DNA of 64,000 nucleotides from Vampirovibrionales bacterium (GTDB lineage Bacteria > Cyanobacteriota > Vampirovibrionia > Vampirovibrionales > JAJTHC01). Position numbers and translations under genes: made by a program. Location: NCBI GenBank assembly GCA_044348005.1, contig JBIKTR010000005.1, positions 11,991 to 75,990 on the forward strand, in the 5' to 3' direction. Below are positions 1 through 8,491 of the stretch, piece after piece (the first letter of the stretch is position 1; each line of letters starts with the position of its first letter). The notes beneath the pieces are model-generated. The model was not told the DNA's origin. It searched no databases and saw only the letters and a program-made list of their open reading frames with translations.

Positions 1-1
1 C

Positions 2-751
2 GCCGCGGTTCAAGCCCGTAAAATGATTAGCAATGCCCAAACAAACCTCTTAACCCAGTGCCAACAGTGGGAATATACGCTGGATGCTCATATTCAATGG
101 TGCAGGGATTTGGCGGGTTCTGCTGTAGAATTACGGGGTAACGGCTTTCTTATCAAACGCGACGCCGTCGAAGATGTAGGCTTGTGGAATGAAAATAGTA
201 TTACAGATGATTTGGATCTTTCAACGCGTTTACACTTAAAAGGCTGGTTAATTCGCTTCGCCCACCAAGCCAGCGTGTATGAAGAAGGCATTACTCAATT
301 TCAGCCTTTGCTAAAGCAACGTGAACGTTGGGCCGAAGGGTCGTTGCGTCGGTACCTGGATTTTGGTGGAGCTATTTTATTTTCAAAAGAAGCGAGTTTA
401 CGCACCCGCACTGATATGTTTGCGTATTGGATCAACTTCCTTTTCCCGATTTTAATGGTTCTAGAAGTCTGTGTGGTGGGGGGAGCCACCGTGTTTGGTC
501 AGGCCAGTCGCGTGCATCAGTTATTGGCGATGTCCTTACTCCCCATGTTTGGGGTGGCCTTTATTCCCACGCTGTACAATGCCATCCGTCGATTTGAACA
601 CCCGCCTCGAGTAGAGGCCATGAAAGCCGCCGTGTTGACGGGGATGTATATGACGGCCGTGTGGTTCCCGATTGTGTTTTACAGTTTTGGGAAAGTTCTA
701 TTTAAGCCAAATGCCCCCTTTAAATGGGAAAAGACGCATCATCAAGGCTAA
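2..751 (+). CDS. Family-2 glycosyltransferase (cellulose/chitin-synthase-like), 5'-truncated by window edge
   Basis: Frame is open back to nt 2. The QRERW motif (QxxRW) is typical of processive GT2 enzymes. C-terminal hydrophobic segments are present. Confidence 0.55.
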   Translation, partial: AAVQARKMISNAQTNLLTQCQQWEYTLDAHIQWCRDLAGSAVELRGNGFLIKRDAVEDVGLWNENSITDDLDLSTRLHLKGWLIRFAHQASVYEEGITQFQPLLKQRERWAEGSLRRYLDFGGAILFSKEASLRTRTDMFAYWINFLFPILMVLEVCVVGGATVFGQASRVHQLLAMSLLPMFGVAFIPTLYNAIRRFEHPPRVEAMKAAVLTGMYMTAVWFPIVFYSFGKVLFKPNAPFKWEKTHHQG

Positions 752-762
752 TATAGAAAAGC

Positions 763-2697
763 TTACGGTTTGCTTTTGGGTTGTTTTTGCAGTTTCAACA
801 AGCGAATTTCTTCTTGTTCGACTTCATTGTAAAGCTTTAACTTTTTGACGTCTTTATCAGTCGATTTAAGCACCGTGGCACGACTCAGTTCTGGCGAGTA
901 ATGTTGATCCAAACGAAACATTAAATCCGCCAAATGGGCTTGCCAACTAATGTGGGTGGCCGTCCATTGACATAGCGTGCTGTTGTCTTGAAACGGCAAG
1001 CCTTCAGGAAATTGGGGCGTGACCCCTTTCAGTAATAAGCCGGGTAACGCCACCCCTGAACTACGCGCCACCTGATTACACGGATTTTTCTGTAAAGGGA
1101 GTTTCCCCAACGCTGGGTTGCCACTCATCATAATGGCGTCCCACGTGTTAAAGCCCATCAAGTAATTAAAAACATCCAGTGCGGATTTAAGATAAGCGGG
1201 GTCTTTGGTGGTGTAATACGCATCCATCCACAACAGGGCATGACGCACCCATGCATCGTTGGACGCCGGCAAAACAGGAAAGTCCTTAAACGCAAAAGGG
1301 CTTACAAAGGGGGTTTGCAACACACGAGTCCATTCCCGACTGTTTTTCGCATCTTTCAGCCACTGCGACTTAATATCTTCTGGAATGTAGGCCTTTAAGG
1401 CAGGAGAAGTCCACAAGCGAAACAATGGCGATTGCCAAGACAAATCATTCACATTCACCTTGTTCCAAAGGGGTTCTGCAACGTTAAGCAGTTGAACATT
1501 GCCAGTGGTATGCCTCAATTCTAAGGCCGCCCAAATCAGGTAAGCATTGGCAGAATCCACGGGTTGTGACCAATAACTTTCACGAAAATATGGCTGAATT
1601 GCTTGGGTATAAAGTTCTTTTTCGCCTTTCCACACCAACGTGGTATGAACGGGTTGAATACTATTTTCTTGTAAGGCTTTCCAGCCTTCTTTGGCCTGAA
1701 TTAAAGCACTTAACGCCAAATCTGGATCCAAATCCTGAAAAACGCGAGCGGCTTGGGCCAACGTGGCAACCGCCGCCGCCGTGCTTAATTGACTAGGCGC
1801 GAGCAACTGACGGGGTTGCCTGTCAAATTCAGGACGCACCCTCACCCCATCAAACGCCTTGGCCGAACCCACGCCTTCGTAAAAGCCTTTGCTCTTCATG
1901 TCTTGCATGTCTAAAATCCACCGTAGGCCATGACGTGCTTCATGCAACAGTTCAGGCATCCCAGAACGAGTGTCTTCCGATTGTGGGTAGGCCAAGCGTC
2001 CTCGTTTTTCGCTCCAAATGGGGTTGCGTTCGTACATCGTCATTAAGGCGGAACAAACCATCACGTGGCTCAGCAAATGGCGATCGTAGGTAGCGCCTTC
2101 ATACCAGCCCCCCGTGGGTAAAGCACTGTCCAAATGCCCCGCTTCTTGAAACAAACCGATGCCTCCATCTAAAAGGGATTGCCCTGAGCGTTGCGTATAC
2201 AACGCACGCATGGCGGCTTGGCCCACCAATTGAAAGACATTGGCATTGACGTTAAAGTCTGTATATTCATTAAACGCACGACGCTGAACAAACTGCCCAA
2301 AGGGGTAGAAGTGCAAGCGTCCTTCTTGTCGCAGTGGGCTTAAATCCACTAAGGCTAAATCGGTACTAATGCGATCGACCGAAGGACGTGCCACAATGCG
2401 ACCGTCTTTGATCAGTTCTGAATAGTTTTGGGCAGGATCTCTAAGAATGGGGCGAATTTGCAGTAACACGCTTTCTAGTTCGGTGTCTAACTTGGCCGTA
2501 GGTTTCACCTTTACCCACAGCAGTTTAGGGGCTTTGGGGTGGTACCCTAGTTTGTTTTGCTTGATTTCCGTGAATTCTAAGGGTTTATAGGTGGATGTTG
2601 GCGGCGTTGAAGCGCTGGCACGTTCTTCCGCGCGGGCCAAAGTAGGAAGCGCGCTTAAAAGGAATACCGCTAAAATTAAGAGGGTTTGAAAGTACAT
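763..2697 (-). CDS. Secreted hypothetical protein, possibly polysaccharide-processing
   Basis: 644-aa ORF with an N-terminal signal peptide (MYFQTLLILAVFLLSALPTLARA). It lies adjacent to the GT2 gene. No motif was recognised with confidence. Confidence 0.45.
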   Translation of the reverse strand: MYFQTLLILAVFLLSALPTLARAEERASASTPPTSTYKPLEFTEIKQNKLGYHPKAPKLLWVKVKPTAKLDTELESVLLQIRPILRDPAQNYSELIKDGRIVARPSVDRISTDLALVDLSPLRQEGRLHFYPFGQFVQRRAFNEYTDFNVNANVFQLVGQAAMRALYTQRSGQSLLDGGIGLFQEAGHLDSALPTGGWYEGATYDRHLLSHVMVCSALMTMYERNPIWSEKRGRLAYPQSEDTRSGMPELLHEARHGLRWILDMQDMKSKGFYEGVGSAKAFDGVRVRPEFDRQPRQLLAPSQLSTAAAVATLAQAARVFQDLDPDLALSALIQAKEGWKALQENSIQPVHTTLVWKGEKELYTQAIQPYFRESYWSQPVDSANAYLIWAALELRHTTGNVQLLNVAEPLWNKVNVNDLSWQSPLFRLWTSPALKAYIPEDIKSQWLKDAKNSREWTRVLQTPFVSPFAFKDFPVLPASNDAWVRHALLWMDAYYTTKDPAYLKSALDVFNYLMGFNTWDAIMMSGNPALGKLPLQKNPCNQVARSSGVALPGLLLKGVTPQFPEGLPFQDNSTLCQWTATHISWQAHLADLMFRLDQHYSPELSRATVLKSTDKDVKKLKLYNEVEQEEIRLLKLQKQPKSKP

Positions 2698-2754
2698 GTC
2701 TCTCTTCTTTTCATAATCGGGTGATATTCGCCTATTTTAGCACAAAATCCATCA

Positions 2755-5505
2755 TTATTCGTCGAACTCGCCAAGGGAATTCAAGAGCTTATCGTCGTCT
2801 CCAGTTAACAATGCGACAACTTGAACACGTAAATCATGTAAAAGAAGACGCAAACCTTTTCTCTTTTTATGTTCAGTGGCAGTTGAACCTCTGGAGCCTA
2901 TTCGGCCGGCTTCACCCTGTGAAAGATCCGTGAGGCTTTCCACATTAGTTCGACCTGCATCCTTGAGATTAAAAGGAATAGGCTCGGCAGACGGAATAAC
3001 CTGTGGCGTTACTCTCTGCACAAGGTCGCCCCCCCTTCCTGCTGGTGCTTGTGCTCCTGCTCCTGCTCCTGCTTGTGCTACTGGTGCTGTTCCTGCTCCT
3101 ACTGTTGGTGCTTGTCGTGCTGGTGTTGCTGATGCTGGTGCTGGTGTTGCTGATGTTGGTGCTGGTGCTGGTGCTGGTGTTGCTGATGTTGTTGCTTCTT
3201 TTATTGCTTGTCGTGCTTGAACAACTTTGTCTGAATAATCAGGTTGGGCATCAAGATATTTCTGTGCGTAACGTTGTTCTATACGACTGTTATTATGCTT
3301 TTTGCCGAATTCGGCAAGGGCAAATAGTGCATCTTCATTTGCTGAGTCACGCTTTAAAAGTGACCTAACTGCCTTGTAGGCTTTTACGCATTCTTTCTTA
3401 TTACCAGTTTGTGAAGCCTGATCATATTGGCTTTTCGCCAAGGTGACAATACTTGTTCGTATAGATGTTAAATCAGAAGATAGCCTATGATTATGAATAA
3501 GAGGATCCAACGAGCTGTTAGTCGCTTGCTCAATGGATTGGATTACTCTCACTACTTCAGCTTCCATTTGTTCAGATACTTTAATGGCTTTAGAGTACTC
3601 TTTTTTTGCTACATGTAGCCCAGCTAGTTTTTCTAATACATTTCGTACTTGTGTATTGGGACTATTAACCAATGCTAAACGTTCCTGTAATAAAGCTATA
3701 GCTCTATCAGGGTTTGTTGATTTATATAAGTCGGCCAGATCTTCTAGTAATATAAACCGAAGATTTGTATGATTGTTCTTTGTAGCAATTGCTTGAACAA
3801 GGGTTTCGTAGAAGCCAATTTTATTAGCCCCTCTAAGATCATTTGGAATTAACTTATCTAATTTTCCTTCACCCGAACTCAATGTAATTAAAATATCATT
3901 AATCTGTTTCAGTAAGGGTTCTTTATCCAATTTTGGATTTCTTTGAAGGGCGGACACAGCTACCTTAATTGCACGATAAGGCTCGCCTGCTTGTAAAACT
4001 TTAGCAACCCTTGCAGACGCCCTTGAGGCATCCTGAGGTAAAGCTTGGGCTGATTTGCCTGGTGACAATAGGCCTGCTATTGGCTTTGGTAGTAGGCCTA
4101 CCGTTTCTGGTCGTGCTGGTACTGGTGTTTTAACTCTTGGTGCTACTGGTGATGCTGGTAGTGATGCTGGTGTTGTTGATGCTGGTGGTCCTGTTGGTGC
4201 TTCTGCTCCTGCATTTCCTGCTCCTGCTCCTGATGCTGTTGGTGTTCCTGCTGATGCTTGTGTTCCTGCTGATGTTGTTGGTGTAGGTGCTGGTGTTGCT
4301 GGTGGTTTTGGTGCTGCTGATGCTGATGCTGTTGGTGCTGATGGTTTTGCTGTTGTTGCTGGTGAGTCTAGGTTTATATTTCGACTCAAAGTGTCAGGGA
4401 GTTCTTGCCCTGACACTTGAAGAGTTGGTATTGAATTTGGTCTAAATGGTTCTTGATTTTGCAGAATAACATCCCCATTAAGTGGGATTGGTTCTGCATT
4501 TGCTCGTTGGAACCCTAGATTAACATCTCCTGCTCCTGCTGTTGTTGCTAGTGCTGGTGCTGGTGTTGCTGATGCTGTTGGTGGTGCTTGTACTGGTGCT
4601 ACTGGTGCTACTGTTCCTGCTCCTGCATTTCTTGCTGGTGCTACTGGTTTTGGTGAGTCTAGGTCTATATGTTGACTCAAAGGGTCAGGGAGTTCTTCCC
4701 CTGACACGTGAAGAGTTTCTGTTGCATCTGATTTAATACTAGGAACAAATTCTTTTTGAATTGTCATTGATTCAAATGGTTTATCACTGTTGACTAATTG
4801 CAGATTAACATTCCCCTTAAGTGGGATTGGTTCTGCATTTGCTCGTTGCAACCCTAGATTAACATCTCCTGCTCCTGCTGGGGCTGCTGGTGCTTCTAGA
4901 TTGGAGAAGCTATTACCACCGCCACTACCACCACCACCACCACCACTGTGGCGAGCTGCTGCAGCTGGGCGCGGGGTAGTAACTTGTTTTACAGCTTCGT
5001 CAACAGAAGCAAGAGGAGGCGTCGGCCCATCTACTTCTCTTTTTAAAAAGCCAAAGGTTTTTTCCAAAAACTCTCCGACGTCTTGACGTCTCCACAATAA
5101 TAGGCCCGCCGTGGTAAGGGCAGCGGCGCCTATGGCCACGTTTCTCACCGTATGGTCTTCTTCTTGAGGCGGTGTTGTTTTGGTGGGTGCTGTGACTTTC
5201 GCAGGTGGCACGGTTTTTTGAGCCACAGGGTGGTGTTCGGCAGGTGGCGTCAAAGGACTCGTCGCCGACGAAGACGAAGAGTGAACCTCTGCCCCAGTCT
5301 TCAAATCAACAGGCGAAGGCGTGGGGGCATAGTTTAATGCGGTAGAATCCACAACGGGCGCTGGGCCTGTGTTCCTCGGGTAAAGATCCGCAGAAGATGC
5401 TCCTTGATTCAAAAGCGGTAACGTGGATGCCAAGGGGGGGGGGGGGGCGAACGCAGATTGTGGCGCTTGAGTAAACGAAAAACTATTCATATTGTTCATA
5501 GCCAT
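2755..5505 (-). CDS. Large Pro/Ala/Thr-rich repetitive protein (putative surface or secreted)
   Basis: 916 aa. Low-complexity PAPAPT/ATPAP runs are encoded by (GCTGGT)n-type DNA repeats. Two tandem ~115-aa repeats (GAGDVNLG.QRANAEPIPL...) are present. The C-terminal part looks helical, with a TPR-like composition. Confidence 0.6.
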   Translation of the reverse strand: MAMNNMNSFSFTQAPQSAFAPPPPLASTLPLLNQGASSADLYPRNTGPAPVVDSTALNYAPTPSPVDLKTGAEVHSSSSSATSPLTPPAEHHPVAQKTVPPAKVTAPTKTTPPQEEDHTVRNVAIGAAALTTAGLLLWRRQDVGEFLEKTFGFLKREVDGPTPPLASVDEAVKQVTTPRPAAAARHSGGGGGGSGGGNSFSNLEAPAAPAGAGDVNLGLQRANAEPIPLKGNVNLQLVNSDKPFESMTIQKEFVPSIKSDATETLHVSGEELPDPLSQHIDLDSPKPVAPARNAGAGTVAPVAPVQAPPTASATPAPALATTAGAGDVNLGFQRANAEPIPLNGDVILQNQEPFRPNSIPTLQVSGQELPDTLSRNINLDSPATTAKPSAPTASASAAPKPPATPAPTPTTSAGTQASAGTPTASGAGAGNAGAEAPTGPPASTTPASLPASPVAPRVKTPVPARPETVGLLPKPIAGLLSPGKSAQALPQDASRASARVAKVLQAGEPYRAIKVAVSALQRNPKLDKEPLLKQINDILITLSSGEGKLDKLIPNDLRGANKIGFYETLVQAIATKNNHTNLRFILLEDLADLYKSTNPDRAIALLQERLALVNSPNTQVRNVLEKLAGLHVAKKEYSKAIKVSEQMEAEVVRVIQSIEQATNSSLDPLIHNHRLSSDLTSIRTSIVTLAKSQYDQASQTGNKKECVKAYKAVRSLLKRDSANEDALFALAEFGKKHNNSRIEQRYAQKYLDAQPDYSDKVVQARQAIKEATTSATPAPAPAPTSATPAPASATPARQAPTVGAGTAPVAQAGAGAGAQAPAGRGGDLVQRVTPQVIPSAEPIPFNLKDAGRTNVESLTDLSQGEAGRIGSRGSTATEHKKRKGLRLLLHDLRVQVVALLTGDDDKLLNSLGEFDE
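5434..5447. repeat. Homopolymeric G14 tract (poly-C on coding strand) inside the 5' end of CDS 2755..5505
   Basis: Direct read of 14 consecutive G. On the coding strand it encodes PPPP at about residues 20-24. Confidence 0.9.
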
Positions 5506-5630
5506 GTGTGGTAATTCCCTAAAAAGTTACGCGAAGAAATGCCTAATTTATACTTCACAATAACATAAAAACAAAAACACCACAAAATTGTGCCACCACT
5601 TTTTTTAAAAAGAAAAAAGCCCCCCAACGA

Positions 5631-6338
5631 TTACCCCCCACTCGACGCAATGGCCTTGGCAATGGCCTCCACATCCTGCTGAGATACATCCCCCGAGCCC
5701 TTCGATTTCGCCTTGCTCAAGCTATTGTTCAAGTTCTGCAACGCCTGTTGCCGAGAAAACTTCGACTGCGTTATGGCATTAAAGCCCGCCAACGTGTAGC
5801 GTTGCTTGCGTGCTTCTGAATCGTCCAAAAAACCAGCCAACGCGTTAAATCGCACACTTCGGGACGCATCCGCATCCGTGAGTTCTTTTAGGGCGTTGGT
5901 AAAGCTCCCCAAATACGCGGATTCCAAGGCGCGCAAGCGGGTTTCGTTCAGGCTACCCAAGGCAATGGCACTAAAGGTGCTGTTTAACGCCCCGCCAAAA
6001 CGCTTGGCTTCACGACTGCGTAACTGGCCACTGGCTTCATTCATCGAACGGTTAATGTCGCTGGCTAGCGGGTCGTACAATTCCTTTTGGCGGTTGCTGA
6101 CGCCTTCTTGGCGTTGACTTTGGGTAAGCGCCATTTCTTGCAACAGCGTGCCTAAGCCTTTTTGGGCGATGCTGAGTTGCGCTTGGGTTTCGCCTGTTAG
6201 GGTGGATTCATCCACCAGGCCTGCGCCCGTGTCTCGCACGCTGTATTCGTTGCCGAGCGAGTCTTTGAGGCTGACGTATTTCAGGCTTTCTTCCGTTTTC
6301 TTTTTCTTGCGTTTAAATAGGTTCATAAATGACGCCAT
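5631..6338 (-). CDS. Hypothetical protein
   Basis: 235-aa ORF with a Lys-rich N-terminus. No recognisable domain. Confidence 0.45.
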   Translation of the reverse strand: MASFMNLFKRKKKKTEESLKYVSLKDSLGNEYSVRDTGAGLVDESTLTGETQAQLSIAQKGLGTLLQEMALTQSQRQEGVSNRQKELYDPLASDINRSMNEASGQLRSREAKRFGGALNSTFSAIALGSLNETRLRALESAYLGSFTNALKELTDADASRSVRFNALAGFLDDSEARKQRYTLAGFNAITQSKFSRQQALQNLNNSLSKAKSKGSGDVSQQDVEAIAKAIASSGG

Positions 6339-6498
6339 GAGTAAGGCTCCTTTTCGTTGTCATGCTAACATCAACACGTTTTTCCCTCGTCGTGTTTGGT
6401 ATAAGTATGACAAAGTTTTTCGCCTCTTCATAGTGTATAAAACCCACTATTTTACGAATTTTTCGCTTGGAAGGGTGTTGTTTTTATGCTATTTTCAG

Positions 6499-6564
6499 AA
6501 GAACTCTAAAAAGAGTTGCTAATACGCAACACCCCCATTCTGTAACGAAAGGAGGTGAGGCAAA
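6499..6564. repeat. Inverted repeat, left copy (pairs with 8342..8401). It contains a near-palindrome TTGCTAATACGCAA and the perfect SD AAAGGAGGTGA
   Basis: About 60 bp, roughly 88% identical to the reverse complement of 8342..8401. Confidence 0.8.
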
Positions 6565-6633
6565 ATGGATCATATTCAAGATATTTTAATCTTGATGAGT
6601 ATCCTCCTTCTAGCGTCTAAACTAGGAGGATAG
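6565..6633 (+). CDS. Micro-ORF, 22-aa hydrophobic peptide (MDHIQDILILMSILLLASKLGG) behind a perfect SD; candidate type I toxin-like or leader peptide
   Basis: The ATG lies 7 nt after GGAGGTGA. The predicted peptide is strongly hydrophobic. A homologous inverted copy exists at 8285..8341. Confidence 0.35.
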   Translation: MDHIQDILILMSILLLASKLGG

Positions 6634-6719
6634 CGTCGCAAAAGAGTTCTCAAGTTTACAAGACTTGGGGACTCTCCCTTTTTGTATTGTGACAAAGCAA
6701 ACGCGCTTTGTCAATCCCC

Positions 6720-7721
6720 CTAGCGAATGCCTTTAAGCGGTGTCATGGCGTCTTGGGGGGGTGGGGCAACCAGCCCTAAAAAGGCGTAAGACTTAGCGTT
6801 TTCAGGGGTTTCCGTCGTCACCACGGGGGAGGTTCCACCGCTAAACATCGGTGATGTTTCGGGCAATTTGGCGTAACTGGGGTGTTCCACCACAAAGCGA
6901 TGCAGGTCGTTTTTTTCCAAATAGCGCGCAATTTCATTGAGCCTAAACACCAAGGGGTGGGCGTTGAGTCTGTTTTCGTTGAGTTCAGGGTACTTTTTCA
7001 GAAAGAAGAGCCATGTTCGGGCTTCACGCATCCAGGCTTGTGCCTCTTCCTGCTTGGAATTGTGGGCATCGCTGTGCATGGCTTCATGCGCAATAAGGGC
7101 GGAAAGTGCTGGTATGGGAGCATTTTGGTGCTTTTCGTTGATGAAAAGCATCCAGTTGCCGTGTTTGTCAAGCCACGCAAGCGCGTCGAAATAGCGGTAT
7201 AGCGGGGAAAGTTCTTCGAGGTTTTTAAACAAGACTTTGCCTCGTTTGGCGTGCAATATAGCCAGTGATTGCACGCCTTCAGGGGATTCACCCATCATGA
7301 TGAGGGCTTTGGCGAGGGTGTCACTAGAAGTGAGGGTGATCCATGGTGGGGGGGCACCAATGGCGGGCAAAACGACAGGTGTTTCAATCGCCGTGCGGGT
7401 TTGAACAGTCGGGAGACTGAGAAAATTGACCGCCGTTTGAGCGCTGGCAGAGGGGGTGGCTTGCAGGTACACCCGCTGTTGGTGCGGAGGAGTCGGGGTG
7501 GGGGGGAGCATGGCATAGGCTGAAGATGATTGCCACCATTGCGTTTTAGTCATTTCTGCCTGAGCCCTATTGACCTGAACGAAGCTGATGATGGGGTACA
7601 GCAGTAGAAGCGTCAAGCCTAAAGCACTTGTGAGCATTTGAAATGGCGTTAAACGAGCAAGCATGCGGGTTTCCCTTTTGTAGAGGGTAGGGTGTGCGTG
7701 TGATGCTTCTTCTTCGACCAA
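6720..7721 (-). CDS. Hypothetical membrane-anchored protein with HExxH motif (possible zinc metalloprotease-like)
   Basis: 333 aa with an N-terminal TM segment. HEAMH motif in LIAHEAMHSD. It lies inside the IR-bounded segment. Confidence 0.4.
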   Translation of the reverse strand: MVEEEASHAHPTLYKRETRMLARLTPFQMLTSALGLTLLLLYPIISFVQVNRAQAEMTKTQWWQSSSAYAMLPPTPTPPHQQRVYLQATPSASAQTAVNFLSLPTVQTRTAIETPVVLPAIGAPPPWITLTSSDTLAKALIMMGESPEGVQSLAILHAKRGKVLFKNLEELSPLYRYFDALAWLDKHGNWMLFINEKHQNAPIPALSALIAHEAMHSDAHNSKQEEAQAWMREARTWLFFLKKYPELNENRLNAHPLVFRLNEIARYLEKNDLHRFVVEHPSYAKLPETSPMFSGGTSPVVTTETPENAKSYAFLGLVAPPPQDAMTPLKGIR

Positions 7722-8284
7722 AACATGAAAACCCTAAAACGTCTCCTTTTTCAGGGGGAAGCCTCGTATTTTCGACACACAGAAACCCCTTTTTTGGCCC
7801 ACGTTTATTCGTTTAAGTGGGCTTTTTTAATGTTTTGTTAAGCTTTGTAACATACGAGCAATATTCACGATTATGAAGACTTTATTAAAGTGAAGAGACA
7901 CCCAAAAGAAAACCTCTTCAAAAACCCCTCATCCCCAACAATACCTTCTTCTTCCTTCACTTCATTCCCCACCCCTCATTTACGAACCTATCCTTCCCCC
8001 TTCTTTATTTTTTAGTTCAGCACTTCACCCGTTTATGTAAACACTTTTTTCTAGGCACGCCACCTATATTTGTTGTGTTTACTGATGTACAGGCCTTTCC
8101 ACGGCGAAGGGTCTGTACCCTCATTCCCCCCTTACCTTAATGGTTTACCCCGCTTTTACAAACACGAATCCCACGCTTTTCGTGATGTTTCAACTTTACT
8201 CTCCCTCTCTCTTTTCTCTATGCCTATGTCCCCCTGTAATGTGTATTCATTACAGGCTTTTTATTGGGGAAACTCTTTAAAACA

Positions 8285-8341
8285 CTAGAGGATACAGAGA
8301 AATAGCGAAAATAACAGAAGTATGGTTTCTGACATAATCAT
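8285..8341 (-). CDS. Micro-ORF, 18-aa hydrophobic peptide (MIMSETILLLFSLFLCIL) behind a perfect SD; paralog of 6565..6633
   Basis: Reverse-complement reading of the right IR copy gives AAAGGAGGTGAGCTAAA-ATG. The composition is like Ibs-type small hydrophobic toxins. Confidence 0.35.
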   Translation of the reverse strand: MIMSETILLLFSLFLCIL

Positions 8342-8401
8342 TTTAGCTCACCTCCTTTCTGTTACAGAACGGGGGTGTTGCTATATTAGCAACCCTTTTA
8401 T
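8342..8401. repeat. Inverted repeat, right copy (pairs with 6499..6564). It contains the palindrome TTGCTAATATAGCAA
   Basis: Reverse complement aligns to the left copy through the SD and the ATG. Confidence 0.8.
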
Positions 8402-8491
8402 TTCAGGTTTTTAGTAGGCTAGCATAAAGCCTTACGTGATTCAAGAACCATGACCCCCACTTTCAAGCGTGGAGCCTTTGTGCTACACTAA

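Noticed and set aside
3003-3368. Leu-rich 121-aa ORF (LLLLVLLVLF…) and other plus-strand ORFs 2876..3220, 4055..4420, 4542..4736, 4790..5086
   Set aside because: They lie antisense within the repetitive (GCTGGT)n region of the 916-aa gene. Such repeats generate open frames on every strand, and the composition is an artefact.
6541-6660. Possible tRNA or other small RNA in the 6350-6720 intergenic region
   Set aside because: No cloverleaf-compatible acceptor/T-arm pattern (GTTCGAATC-like) was seen. The region is better explained by the IR/micro-ORF structure.
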